Assembly: GCA_023213395.1 (NCBI GenBank)
Contig: CM041465.1
Location: forward strand, 136,655,741 to 136,719,740
Length of the DNA: 64,000 nt
Source: Cycas panzhihuaensis
Taxonomy: Eukaryota > Plantae > Cycadophyta
Reading direction: 5' to 3'
Position numbers and translations under genes: made by a program
Shown here: one piece after another, positions 27,483-41,400 of the stretch
Layout of the letters: every line of letters begins with the position of its first letter
Position numbering within the stretch: the first letter of the stretch is position 1
The notes under the pieces: generated by a model
Seen by the model: only the letters and a program-made list of their open reading frames with translations
What the model was told of the DNA's origin: nothing
Databases searched by the model: none

Positions 27483-30400
27483 ATGGTAGAAACTTAAGGA
27501 GAAAAATTTTCTAATTTAACCAATGACTTATCTAACTTCAAACTTGAGATCAACAATAGACTTGATGGCATACCTACCAAATTTGATCTTGATGGCACTA
27601 AACAAGAGATTCTCACTCAACTCCAATAGTTGTTGCTAACTCAACCCCAAAGCATAAGAACTTCTAATATGACAGGCAACCAGCCTCTCCCTTTTCAAGG
27701 AAGTAATGCACCTATAAGAGGCTCTCTACCAAGGTAGCCATTTTTTCACCATAAAATCAACATTCCTACCTTCGATCTGGATATGAATAGAGTGTGTACT
27801 CAAAGTTGGATTAACAAGTTAGAATCCTACTTCACACTCTACTTAATATCAGAGGAGGACCAACTCTTATATACCTCCATCCACTTAGATGGACGAGTCT
27901 CCCATTGGTTTAACTAGTAGAAGCAAGAATATCTCTCTCACCTAACATAGTCCCACTTCACCAGTTGTTTCTTTAAACAATACGAGGATATATAAAGTCA
28001 ATCTTTCTTCACATAACTTACTCAACTTAAACAAACTATAATAGTAGAGGCTTATATTGATAAATTTCAAGCTTTATATAATTACGTACCACAAAGCCAA
28101 AACTTGGACAAACAAAAAGTGATTGATATTTATGTAATGGGACTCCAAGATTGTATTTAAATGAGATTAAAGACAATGGAAATCTACTCTCTTAAGGAAG
28201 CATTCAAGTGGTCTTGCATAGTAGAGGCTGAGTTTGTAGCAAAGACACCCACAGCTACTCATCAGGATAACCCTTTCTTCTCACACACTCAATAGTCAGA
28301 CTTCCAGCAATCGTGGCCCTGATTTGATGATACCACCTATTCTCAAGCTAACTTCATACGTCCTCAATGACAACAGGATGATTCTACCTACCCATTTATT
28401 GATTAGTAGAATGATAACTCATCCACCAAAAGAGTCTAAATTTCCCAAGCTAAAGCACAATGTTAACTAGAGGGCGGCCTCTATATGCAGTATGTAGAAA
28501 AGTAGATTTCTAGGCATGGTTATTTCTGTAAGGTGCAACTCATGGTTTTTTCCATTGACCCATCCATATCCCCTGATAAATCCTTTGACTCTAACTCTAA
28601 ACATGAAATTGATGATAAAACCCATGATGACCCTACCCTAGACCCCTACCCTAAAGTATCCCTATCTATCATCACCACCTCCTCTTATCTCAAACCCTTA
28701 TGACTTAAAGGTATTTTTCGCAAGACTCCAATATCTATCTTGATTAATGGTGGTGTGTCACTCAACTTCCTTGATATCTCTATAGCCAGATAGCTTAACC
28801 CATATATCATACCAAAAATTGGCTTCATTTGTTCTCTACCAGGGTACCATAAGCTCTACTGTATAAGTGTTATTAAAAACCTCCAAGTCCAAATTGGTTC
28901 CTACCTTTTGGTGTTAGATTTCTATGCCTTATCAATAGGAGGATCTAATGTTATCCTAGGGATTCAATGGTTGTAAACCTTAGGAACTTATAGCACAAAT
29001 AACTCACTTACTAACTCATTCATTGCTTTCAAAGATAAAAATAAGTTGAAATCACAAAACTTATAGAATGTAGTCCTCTCCTAACCAAGTGGTCTCTCTC
29101 AGACACATGAAATGCCATTTTCAATCTCACCTATGATATATAGTCTGCCTCAATAATATTCAAATTGAACCACAAATTCATCCATACATCTAAGATATTA
29201 TTACCTAATATGAATAAGTATTTGCTCCTTTACTAGCCATTACATCTCTCGATCGTAGCTTTTATGATATAATTGACCCTATCAGCCTCAGACCCTACCA
29301 TAACTTATACTTTCAAAAGAATGAAATTAAAAACTCATGACTGAGCTCTTTGACATGGATATGATCTAACCAAGTAAAAGCCCTTACCCCAATTGTCTTA
29401 TTTAGGAAGAAAGATGGTTCCTTCCACCTCTGTGTTGATTATAGGGAACTAAATAAGATTATCATTAAAAATAAGTTTTCCACCCCTCGCATAGATAACA
29501 TGCTAGATGAAATCCATGGCACAACTATTTTTTCTAAGTTACTACCAAATCCCAATTACCCCACAAGATTGCCATAAGATGGCATTTCAAACATATCATG
29601 GGCATTTTGAGTTTCATGCAATACCCTTCAACCTTTGTAATACCCCAATAACTTTTCAAGCTCTCATAAATAAAATTTTTAGCCCCTATCTCTAAAAGTT
29701 TGTCATAGTTTTCTTTGATGATATTCTTATTTATAGTGCTTGCCTAGACCACCACATCCAATACTTAGAAATTGTTTGTCAAATATTACAAAACCACCAA
29801 CTCTATACAAAATTATCTATTTGCAAATTTGGGTATTCAAAACTCAAATACTTTGGGCGTATCATATCATTAAAAGGGGTATGCGTAGACCCTGATAAAA
29901 TGTTTGTCATCACGACTTGGACAACACCCACCACACTTACCCAACTACGTATATTCCTTGGGCTCACAAGATTCTATCAACGTTCTATGCATAACTATGC
30001 TGCCCTTACTACCCCCTTAACTAACCTCCTTCATGAAGAGGCTTTCCAATGGTCTCTAAAAGTTGACACTACCTTTTCCCACCTCAAAGTCATAATACCC
30101 TCCACCCCAATTTTCATCACTCTCTATTTTAACCAGCCCTTCTAACTTGAATGTGATGCCTTAGGTTTTGGCTTAAGTGCAATCTTGATGCAAGACTCTC
30201 ATCCCATTGCATTTGAAAGCTAGAAATTAAAAGATCATAAGCTTTATCTCTCTACATATAAGAAAGAGATAAAAGTTATTGATAAATGGCAGCAATACCT
30301 CTTAGGATCTAAATTCACTCTTCTTATGAATCATTATAGCCTCCATAATCTATTAGATTAGCCAGTCTTGTCCAAAGAACAAGCTAAGTGGGTTCATCAT

Positions 30401-31960
30401 CTATAATTCTTTGACTTCACAATATTATATAAAAAGAGCAAAGACAATATAGTTGTAGATGCCCTTTCACATCTCCACCCTAATGGCAATGCTCTTAACC
30501 TAAGTATCCATGCCATAACAATCCCCGACCCCTTTGGCTTGATGAATTATGGGTTGAAAATTAGGCCCAACCTAACTACCCTAACTGGAGTAAAAACGTT
30601 TTCACCCACAAAGGTTGATCAACCTTTAATAATCATCTCCTCTATCACAATCACATCTTTGTCCACTTATCCTCCTCATTCATGCCTAAAATCCTAACAA
30701 AATAGCACTCTTCTCCCCTTGGTGGCCACACAGGCTTTGATAAGACTTATCAATGAATTTGTATAGATTTCTTTTAGCCCCATATGAAGTCTATTATATT
30801 CACCTTCGTATTATAATGTGACACATGTCAACAAAATAAATTCAAGACCAAACCTCTTCCTAGACTTCTCCAACCACTAAACATTCCACAAGGTAAGTTG
30901 TAAGATATTACCATGAACTTCATTATAGGCTTACCTCCATTCATTGGGTTTGACTCCATTTGGGTAATCATTGACCAATTAACTAAGTACTCACATTATC
31001 TCCCTATTTACATCTCATATACATCCTTTTATCTTACCAAACTATATGTTTAATCCATATTTTGCCTCCATGATCTCCCTTCATCCGTTGTTTATGACCA
31101 AGACCCCAAGTTTACTAGCTCCTTTTGCCAAAAACTCTTTAAGGCTGTTGGAACCTCATTTAACATGATCTCTACCTACCACCCACAAATAGATGGCCAA
31201 TTTTAGGTCATAAATACAACCCTAGAAACTTATCTACATTGCTTCACTTCATAGCACCAAGCTAAGTGGACCTCCTAGCTTGCCTTAGCAGAGTACTAGT
31301 ACAACTCCTCTCACCATACTGCCAATGGTATGTCCTCCTTTTTGGCCCTCTATGGTTACCACCTCCCTTCTCACCATACCTTAGCCACAAAGTTTCGAAT
31401 AGCTTCTATATAATAAAAGCCTTAAGAGATAGACTAAATCTTGCATACCCTTCGATAGAATCTAGTTGTTGATCGAAATCAAATGAAGCAACTTGTCGAT
31501 TGTCATCAATCTAATTGATCCTTTGATATTGGAAATCTAGTATTCCTTTACCTCCAACCTTATAATCAATATCCTCTTAAGTTACATCAAGGGCACAAAC
31601 TATTTCGTCATTACTATGGCCCTTATAAAATCCTCCACAAAATTGGTGATGTTGCCTATGCCCTTGAACTCCCCCCCCAAACACTAATATCCATAATGTT
31701 TTCCATGTGTCTTACCTAAAAAAGTACCTTAGAGCTAAAGTTACACCCCACCCCACCTTATCCATCCTCTCTGAGGAGTAAACTCTTATAATCCCCCCTG
31801 ATAAAATCCTTGTCAGTCACTAACACTGCCTCTAAAATCGTACTATTTTTTAACACTTAGTACAGTAGGTCAATTATGATGCAGATGAAGCCACTTGGGA
31901 ATTCGATGACTTTATCCAATAATATTCTCATCTCCAACACTACAAGGACTCAACGCCTTA
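27483..31960 (+). pseudogene. Chromovirus gag-PR-RT-RH-INT-chromodomain polyprotein, decayed
   Basis: LINGGVSLNF (PR); KKDGSFHLCVDYRELNK and VFFDDILIYS (RT); LECDALGFGL (RH); GGHTGFDKTY, YHPQIDGQ and YYGPYKIL (INT); LVQ*VNYDADEATWE (chromodomain). Confidence 0.92.
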
Positions 31961-32740
31961 AAGGGGGGGACCTATAACATAACCCAACATTTTCTTAGCA
32001 CTAGTAAGTGGAAGCCACCAATAGGTTAAAGATTAATATAGTTATTAAGATTTGTGCATGGACCACTAAGTCGTCCAATAAGATGCAAGGGTGCTAGGGC
32101 CACGAATAGAATCACAAGGAAGAAGACCCTTGTATGTGTATTTAAAGGTTCAAATATCACTTGTAATGGTCATTGAGTATCAATTATTGGTGAATAAAGA
32201 AAAAGTCCTTCTTTAGAGAGTGAACGGCGAGCAGCGTAGGCGAACGGCGAACAGCGAACCCTAAACGAAATTGCAGGAGGCGTCGAACAGATTGGCCCTG
32301 GCGGCTAAGGCTTTCCGCAGAGGGATACACAGACGGGGGGGGGCTCCCCCCAGAAACGAATGGGTATGGCAGGCGTCCAAGGCTTGTTTGGGCGACAGAC
32401 GGGAAGCCGAGGAGGCTAGAGAAACCCTGATCCACTCCGTGGAGAGCTGAGGCGTGCAGGGGTAGCCTGGGCAGTTCTATCAAGGGAGGAAAGAGGCGTT
32501 TTTGGTAGAAATCGAGGAAGGACGGGGTTATGCCAGAGAGAGATTCAAAAGGGTAAGGAGCAAAGCAGTTTCAAACCGTTGTCCCAGGAAGGAGCTAGTC
32601 TGAGAGGGAAGGCCAGCGCCTTATTTAGGCCCTATTTTGCACAGCAAGGGCTTCTGACAGTGAGAGGCTGAACCTGAGGAAGGAGGCAAGTTCACTCCTT
32701 GTTCTGTCTATGTAGTGTTATTTTTTCTTAATTTAACATA

Positions 32741-34223
32741 ATGCAATCTACACCAGACCAGTCTCAGTCCTCTTCCCTGGGGAGGACATACATAAACGCA
32801 CTGAGAAATGGAAACCAAACCGAACCTGAAATTTATCCTATCAAGGTTGGAAATAGGTACAAACTATTAATCCCTAAAGAGATCATAGAGAAGACTATCC
32901 AATATTGGGAGAATAGCCTGGTGGGAAGGTTTTCGGGTCCTAGGCCAGGGTTGGATGTTATACGGGAATGGATCCGAAATAAATGGAAAACCATGCATCC
33001 AGTACAGGTCATGGCGATGCCGAAAGGCTGTGTCCTTTTTAGGTTTACTAACCAGGAGGACTTGATTTTAATCCTGCTCAAATCTCCCTGGATGTTCTGG
33101 AGAAAGGCTATGACAGTGGAAAAGTGGAGCCACGACTTGATCACAGGAGCCACTGTGATCAAACAAGCCTGCTCTAGGTGCGGATGCTGTGGCTTCCTTG
33201 CACTTTGAATCCGGTGGCGGTTAAAGGCGGCGCCAGATGATAGGGCCCCTTTGGATTCGGCAACAAGACATAGGTCCCGCCTTATGAACGCAAGATTTTA
33301 CGTTCTGGCTAGATTAGATAATGAGCTCCTAGAAGAGGTCGAGATTGAATCTGATGGAAGGTCAATTATTCAAAGCTTATACTATGAAGTGGAAGGCTTC
33401 AAATGTGATAAGTGTAAAAACTGGGGGCACCTTCCGTTCCGTTGCCCAGGTGTCCCTGCAAGGGAGGAGAAGCAGGTGGAAACCAAAGGGAAGTAGGGCG
33501 TAGATGTTGGAGTGATCGGGGAGGAGAGCTCGGGCACAGGTCCTGTAGAGATTGGCAAGGATGGGGCCAGCCTAGGATGTATAGCCGCGGGTCTGACTAG
33601 TGGCCTGGCTTTGGAGGAGGTGAAGGCTCAAGATTTGGATTGCCCCATAGAGTCTGTTGGGGTGAAGCAAGCTGAGGGGGCTATTCTAGGAGAAGGTAGC
33701 GATGCTTCGGGGGCTTCCGGAGGGGGCAAGGGAGATGTTAGGGGTTCAGCGAAAGTCAGATGCCCTGTCTTCTCAAGCGCAGAAGGGGATCCTATAGCTC
33801 CTTCGAAGGTTGACGGGAGCTCGAAGGGAGATTGTGAGCTCACCACATCTTCTATGGCGCCAGCTCTGGCTCAGGCCATGAAGAATATTAACTGGGATTT
33901 AGAGGATGACCTTTCAGAGCCTGAGGAAGGTCCCCGGGAGACCCCGGGGGAGGGTGGTCGTGATGTAGCTGGGCTCTTCAGTGCAGGCTAGGGTCATGGA
34001 CCAGGAGAAGGGAGGAGGGGGGATCCGCAAATGGGTATCCAAAACGAACATAATGGATCAGAAGAAGGCTCCAGATTATGGGGTGGAGAAGAAGGTTGGC
34101 AGGCCCCCTAAGAAGACGACCAGAGACAAGGATACTCAAGCACAGATTGATTTGGGCCTCCAGAGCACGTTAAAGGAAGGGGGGGCGCTAGAGGGTCCCA
34201 CCCTCAGAAGTAGAAAGGTTTGA
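32741..34223 (+). pseudogene. LINE ORF1 (DUF4283 plus CCHC zinc knuckle), disrupted
   Basis: WENSLVGRF..WIRNKW..GCVLFRF..PWMF..MTVEKW, CDKCKNWGHLPFRCP and KVGRPPKK. Confidence 0.9.
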
Positions 34224-34244
34224 GATGGGGATTCTAGGGTCTCC

Positions 34245-37200
34245 ATGAAAGTCCTATCATGGAACATTAGGGGCTTTAACGCCCCTTCTAAACAACGTCT
34301 GGTAAGGACTTTAAGGATGAGGAATGAGGCGGATATTGTCCTCTTGCAGGAGACTAAATTGGATCAGGCAAAGGAGAAAGAGGTGCTCAATAAGATTTGG
34401 AGCAGGGGAGAGGGTAGAGCGGTAGCAGGTCAGGCCGGATCAGGAGGGTTGGTCTCCCTCTGGAATCCAAATAAATGGAAAGCCCACGTGGTAAGGCAGC
34501 ATGAGCATTTCTTAACCGTGGGCCTGGTTAGTTTGTGGTCCAACAAAGAGTTCTGGATCACTAACGTCTATGCCCCCACAACAGAGGGGGGTAGGAAGTT
34601 TTTATGGAAAAGATTGGTGGAGTCCCATAAGGATTGGGACGGCCCATGGATGGTGGCGGGGGACTTCAATACGCCTTTGTATCCGGAAGAGAAATCAGGC
34701 AGGCAAATAGGATGGACTAGAAGTATGTCTGACCTTGGAGAATTCCTTCAAGTGGGTGGCTTGGTGGACGTCCCCCTTGGAGGGGCCAGGTTTACATGGT
34801 TCAACAGGCGTTTAGGCCACAATCACATCCAAAGCAGACTGGATAGGGTGCTAATGAACTATGAGTGGTCTTGTCATTTCGAAGGAACCAAAGTAGTGGC
34901 TCTTCCAAAAATCAGCTCGGATCACACTCCTTTATTGCTTGAAGGTTACGCCCCTGGGAATCATAAAGGGGCCCCCTTCCGCTTTGAACTTATGTGGCAA
35001 AAGCACCCGGAACTCAAGGATCAGATTGGTGAGTGGTGGGGTGTTAGGGTCTATGGATCTGCTATGTTTAGGTTTTCCAGGAAGCTAAATTGGGTCAAAA
35101 GATAAGTTAAGATTTGGAACAAGGAGATTTTTGGAAACATATTTGAAGACAAAGCTGCCTTGATGTTGGAGCTAAAACGGATCGAGGACAGGATAGAAGT
35201 AGAGGGTAGGACCCAGACCCTGGACCAAATGGAACATAGTACCTCAAGAATATTAGATGAGGCACTGGCTAGGGAGGAGATTCACTGGAAACAGAAATCC
35301 AGGGAGTAGTGGTTAAGGGAGGGGGATAGGAATACCAAGTTTTTCCACATGTCCACTTTGAAGCACAGGACCCACAACAGGATCAGTAAACTCCGTAGTA
35401 AGGATGGGGTGCTATATGAGTTGGAGGATCAGTTTGGGGGCATCGCTATGGAATATTTTAAGGATCTATTCGCGAGCACGGATGCGGGATCCGTGTCTTA
35501 GAGCAGGTCTTTTGCAGCTCATCCCGAAAGTGATCTCTGAGACATTAAACAACAAGTTGATGGAGCCATTTTCTCAGAAAGAAGTCGAGCTAGCTCTATT
35601 TAGTATGGGTAGGGATAAGGCACCTGGACCGGATGGGTTTCCGCCGGGTTTTTTTCAAGACTACTGGGAGCTTATAAAGGAAGATTTATTATCAGCGTTA
35701 AATGAATTCTTCCTTAGACGGACCATCCTGAAAGAGTGGCAGGCTACCTTCCTAATACTGATACCAAAGAAGGAGGGAGCAGAAGCGATGGAAGATTTCA
35801 GGCTAGTTAGTCTCTGTAATGTTAAATATAAGATTCTGGCAAAAGTCCTACCAAATCGATTAAGGGAGACCCTCCCAGTTATCATATCACAAAATTAAGA
35901 TGGATTTGTAAAGGGAAGGCAAATTACGGATGGTATTATTACTGTCCACGAAACTTTGCACTCGACCTTACAGAGGAAGGAAGCAGGGATGATTATCAAA
36001 ACTGATATGTCCAAGGCCTACGACAGGGTGGCCTAGGACTACCTTATGGAATGCCTAAAAGCTTTTGGTTTTGGGGAGGTCTGGAGGGACTGGATGAAGT
36101 GTTGTATCTCCAGGGTCTCGTTCTCAGTGATCATAAATGGGAGATCAACCCCATTCGTGCCTGGATTCAGGGGCTTAAGACAAGGCGATCCCCTCTCGCC
36201 CTTCTACATTCATAATTATGGTACATTTGTTAGGAGAGCTACTTTGGAGGCCCAGAGGTTGGGATGGATTAACGGCCTGAAGGCTACCTCTAATCTGGAT
36301 AACGTTGTTCACCACCAGTTTGTGGATGACAATATCTTCTTGGGCAAGGCATCCTTGGAGGAGGCAAGGGCCTTTAAATAAGGCCTACAGGTATATGAAA
36401 AAGCTACCAACTAGAAAATCAATCTAGAGAAGAGCTCAGTTTTCTTCATCAATACTCCGGATAGGCACCAAAGGAGGATCAGTAGGATCTTGGGGATCCC
36501 TAGTAGATCCCTCCCAGCTTCATATCTGGGTATGCCCCTCTTTGTGGGGAGGGGGGGGAAGACTCTGTGGGACTCTGTAGTGAGCAGATTCAATAGGAAA
36601 CTGGAAGGGTGGAAAGGGGCACTTCTTAGCTAGGCCAGAAAAATCCAGCTAGTGGTTGCCTCCCTCTAGAGTATCCCTATGTATCAGATGTCTGTCTTCA
36701 AATTGCCGGACAAGGTTACCTCTACACTAGAGGGTATTATGAGGAGATTTCTTTGGTGTGGTGCAGATGTTAAAAAGAGATTCCACTTAGTGTCCTAGGA
36801 GAAAGTATGTAAGCCTAGATGGGCGGGAGGGCTCAATGTTAGAAGACTGGGCCTCTTCAATACAGCGCTCATGGCTAAGACAGGATGGAGACTCACTAAA
36901 GAAGCCGATTCGGTTTGCGGGAGTATCTTGACGAGAAAATACCTTAGAGGTGATCATTTCTTGGTGGGGGAGGCCCCTTGTTCCGAGGGTTCACCAATTT
37001 GGAAAGCTATATACTCCGCAAGGTTCATCCTGCAAGAAGGAGTGCGGTGGAAGTTAGGGAATGGAGAGAGCATAAGGTTCTGGGAAGATAAATGGAGTGG
37101 CCCCTCTAAATTAGAGGACCTGCCTAATATTGGAGCTATGAAGAGGGCCTGCGAGACCCGCTTTGGGAACTTAGTCAAGCATTATTGGACTGGGCAGCAA

Positions 37201-38400
37201 AAGGATAGGCAATGGAGATCATTTGAGGAGTGGCAAGGTTTCGAGGAGGAGATCCAGAGGGTGAAGAGGGTTTTGATCAACTAGTATATTCTGAAGAGGC
37301 CCTCTCCTGATATGTTGATTTGGCCTATCTCGTCTAGGGGATCATACACGGTCAAAGATGGGTATAACCTGCTGGTTACCAGGGAAGGCTGGACCAGGAA
37401 TGACCTGCTGGCTGGAGTCTGGAAGTTGGGGATCCTTCCGAAGATTACAACTTTCTGGTGGCTGTGTCTGCAGAATAAAATCCTCACTTTGGACAATCTC
37501 ATGAGGAGGGGTATACAGGTGGTGAATAGGTGCGTGCTTTGTAAAGAGGATGTAGAGACGTTGGATCATCTCTGTATTCACTGCCCTTACTCCATTGGTG
37601 TTTGGAACGTCATATGGGGTAGGTTGGGATTAGTATGGGTCTCCTTAAGAACTCTGAGAGATCAATGGATCGCCTGGGTTTCTCCATTTAAGAGTAAAAC
37701 ATTGACTAGAATATGGAAGATGATCCTGCCGGTTGGATCCTGGATTATTTGGAAAGAACATAACAGGAGAATATTTGAAGGAAAGGAAACAGATAGGGCG
37801 GTCTTGGCAGAGGAAATCAAGAAGGGCATCACTGAAACGTTGTCTCCTCCCAAGGAGGACAACCTGGCTAAGGAGGAAGAACGTATTTTGGAGAATTGGG
37901 GGGTGGGCCTCCCGAGTCGGGGTAGAGCGAGGAGGCTAGTAATTAAGTGGTCTCCCCCGGACATTACCTAGGTCAAAATAAACTTTGATGGCGCTGCTAA
38001 AGGCAATCCTAGAGAGGCAGGAGGGGGAGGCCTTTGCAGGGACCACTTGGGGAATCTAAGGTGGGCCTTTGCGGATTACCTTGGGATTCAAATGAACTAA
38101 AGAGCAGAGATGTGGGCTATGCAGAGGGCGGTAGCTCTTTTATGCGAGGAAGGTCCTCAGAAGGTAGTCATTGAAGGGGACTCCTTATACGTGATAAGTT
38201 GTTTAAGGGGGGAAGCGGACCCAGGATGGTACAATGTAGATATTGTTAGAGATGTACAAGAGGTACTGGAGACAAATAGTGGAGTCCAGATTCAACACAT
38301 TTACTGTGAAAGGGAATGGTGAGTGATTGGGCAAATCAATGGAAAACAAGAGTGCTATGGTTTGGAAGGAGGAATTCCCGGTAGAGTTACTGAGACTGGT
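34245..38400 (+). pseudogene. LINE ORF2 (AP endonuclease, RT, zf-RVT, RNase H), disrupted by stops and frameshifts
   Basis: MKVLSWNIRG, LQETK, GDFN, SDH; KAPGPDGF, DMSKAYDRV, GLRQGDPLSP, QFVDD; RCVLCKEDVETLDHLCIHC; INFDGAAKGNP..IEGDSL. Confidence 0.95.
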
Positions 38401-41400
38401 GAGGAAAGATGCTTATAATGGAGCGACTGATAGATTGGTCTTAGAGGGTTCTCTCTTATTCTGGGCTAGACCATGGGCTTGTCATGGTCAAACTGATATG
38501 TACTATTAGATGTGATGTAAAAGGTTTGGGGACCTAGTTAAAACCCTTCAATTTAATTTTACCTTATCAAAAAAAGAAAATAGTCATTGAGTATTATTAT
38601 CTTGAATAGAAAGTACTTCAGTACTCCCTTTGGTGATCTATTTATTTATGATATATTTGTGAACTTGTGTTATTTTGGCTTTACTTCTTTTGATCTGCAT
38701 CTACAAGGTCAAATTTTTGAGAGGAAACATTCCACATATAGGGCCTTCACCCTAATGTTGTAGTCCATAACATCACTACAATCCCAGGAGCCAAGCCCAA
38801 AAGGCAAAAGCAAAGACCCCTTCACCCTCATTTGTTTATAGCCATTAACTAGGAAGTTGAGAAACTTTTAAAAGCAAGCTTCATTAAAAGCAAATATCCA
38901 TTGATTTTCATAATATCAATGGTACCTACCTAAAGGATAATTACCCTCTCCCATTTCTTGACTAAATTTGGGATTAGATTACTATTTTTGAAGTCATGTC
39001 CCTCATGGATGATTTTTTAGGATATAATCAAATTCTTATCTCATCTGAAGACTGCTATAAGACTATCTTCATAACTCCATAGGGGATATTTGCTTATAAG
39101 GTCATGCCATTTAGCCTTTAAAAAGTTACATCTACTTACTAGTAGGTAATGGTGTTCATCTTTCACGAACAAATTATGAGTCATAATAACTATTTACCTA
39201 GATAAGATGCTTGCCTTATCTCATTATAGGAAAGATCATGTTCAAATTTTGAGAACCATATTTGAACAATATCATAAATATCATCTATGTCTCAATCCAA
39301 CCAAATGTATGTTTGTTATCACTTCACATAAGATGTTAAGGAACATAGTTTCCCAAGACAATAATAGGGTAGATCCTAAAAAAGTAAGACCCACATTGAG
39401 ATGCCTCCCCCATGGAATCAAAAGCATGTTAAGTCATTCCTTAGAAAGTTAGATTTTCTATGATAATTCATTATAGACTTTGCATTAAACACTAAGCCTT
39501 TGACTCACCTTCTTAAGAAAGGGGCTTCTGTAACCTAGACTACACTTATTCAAGAGTCTTTAATAGATTGAAGAAAGCATTGGTCTCGACCCTTAGGCTT
39601 GTCCCTCCCCTCTTTGACAAGCCCTTCATCTTATATGCATCTTCTATGGAAGAATCCCTTGGGGCATGCTTGCCCAAGAAGATAAATTTAGGAGGTAATA
39701 AGTCATTTACTTTATAAGTAGAACTCTTATTATTGGTAAACTCAAGACACTGTGCCACCAAGAAACTATGCCATTACCTTCTTGGTAACACTACCTTTGT
39801 CATTGTCTAATCCAACCCCATTTATTTTTTACTCACCAAGAGAAATCTCATGGGGTGAGCAAGTAAATAGGCACTCCTCTTATAGGAGTTTAACTTCTAA
39901 GTAGTTAAGCAAAAATCCAAGAAAGATATGGCAGTCCCTGAAATGATGATGGAAGTAGCATTTCCAAATCTTACTAATGAGACCATTGATAATAAGCTCC
40001 TTGACAAATAAATCCTTTAGGTAAATGTTATCTCTTCAAAAAATGTATGGTATAAAGAGATTAAGTCTTATCTCTCCAGCCAAACCTTTCCTTCCTCCCT
40101 CTCCTTTAAGAAGAGGAAATGAATTAGGGCCACTACTCATCAATATCTACTCTTAGAGGGTATCCTTTATAAGTGATTCTTTAATAGAATTTTGTTAAGA
40201 TGTCTCTTATCTTTTGAGGCTCAGGCTGCCTTGATAGAATGCCATGATGGCATATGTAGAGGCCATTTTAGTGGTTAGTCCATAGCCTAGCATATCCTTC
40301 AAATGGGGTATTATTGGTTATTACTATTTAAGGATGCTGATGCATATATTCAAAAATATGAGAAATGCCAAGAACATACCACCCTAATTCACCAACTTGC
40401 CCAGTCTATCAAGTCTATTATTTCTCCATGGCCTTTTCCTAATGGGGCCTTAACCTCATTGGTCAAATCTACCCCTCTTCTTTAAGCAGACACAAGTTTA
40501 TTTTAACCATTATAGAATACTTTACTAAGTAGAGTGAAGCCATGACATTAGTCTCTATGACTGGAAAGATCATTGCCATATTTATCTTGCAGTATATTAT
40601 TTACAGATTTGGGGTTCTTGATGTTATCATCATTGATAACAAAACTTCATTTTGCAACTCTCAAGTAGTTGAGTTATGTGAGAAATTCCAAATTACCCAT
40701 CACCTGTTAGCTCCTTATCATCTTTAAGCCAATAATTAAGTCAAAGCCTTCAATAAAACATTAGGAAGAATCTTGGCTAAGATTATGGCTAGCTCCCAAC
40801 GAGATTGGTATGGTTAGTTATTTCCTACATTATGGTCCTATTGTACCTCTATTAGAAATACAACTAAGAAGATGGCATTCTCTTTGGTCTATGGCTTTGA
40901 ATCTATTCCCCCTGTTGAATTAGAAATCCCATCTTTACCTGTGTCCTTGAAACACTTCATTGGTGAGGAATTTTCAAGAGAAGCACATCTATTGGAACTA
41001 GAAAAAATGAATGAAACATGCTTGACTACCCTATAAAATAACATGGCCTCTAAAACTAGAGCTGAAGAAGCTCATGATAGGAAATTCATATGCCACAAAT
41101 TTTGTGTTAGTAACATGGTACTTAAGCTCAAGTATATTCATGATAAATAACGAAAGTTCACTCCTAAATAGGTAATACCTTATCTTATCATTAAATATAT
41201 TGAGAATGGTGCATATCACATCTCAACCATTGATAGCCTTAAACTTCAAAAGTTAGTCAATTTATAATTTCTATAAAAGTTCTATGCCTAAGAGTAAAAC
41301 ACCTAAACCTCTACAATGAGGCTAAAACTATAGCTCTAAAGGTCACACTATCCAAGGAGCCTAAACTATAGTCATTCCTTCATTTTCTCTCTTACTTTAG

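Larger units (their letters stand above)
32181..38578 (+). mobile_element. Full-length L1-clade LINE with a C-terminal RNase H, inserted in the chromovirus 3' LTR
   Basis: GC-rich 5' UTR, ORF1, ORF2 and an A-rich tail (38569-38580). 16-bp TSD AATGGTCATTGAGTAT (32165-32180) / AATAGTCATTGAGTAT (38579-38594). Confidence 0.96.
25779..38734 (+). mobile_element. Ty3/gypsy chromovirus nested in the Tat RT
   Basis: LTRs at 25779-26121 and 31973-38734 (the second split by the LINE). PBS TGGTATCAGAG at 26124, PPT AAAGGGGGGGA at 31960-31970, TSD CATGT/CATAT. Confidence 0.93.
22400..41291 (+). pseudogene. Tat gag-pol, decayed; split by the 25779-38734 insertion
   Basis: gag LKWFYHLP and PWCYYHQTNTYDRDEC; PR ISDEGASIN (~24115); RT YDM|GLHP across the insertion, then GYNQILI and YKVMPFSL; INT ECHDGICRGHF, SPWPF and YRFGVLDVIIIDNKTSF; ends FYA* at 41291. 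Confidence 0.9.
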
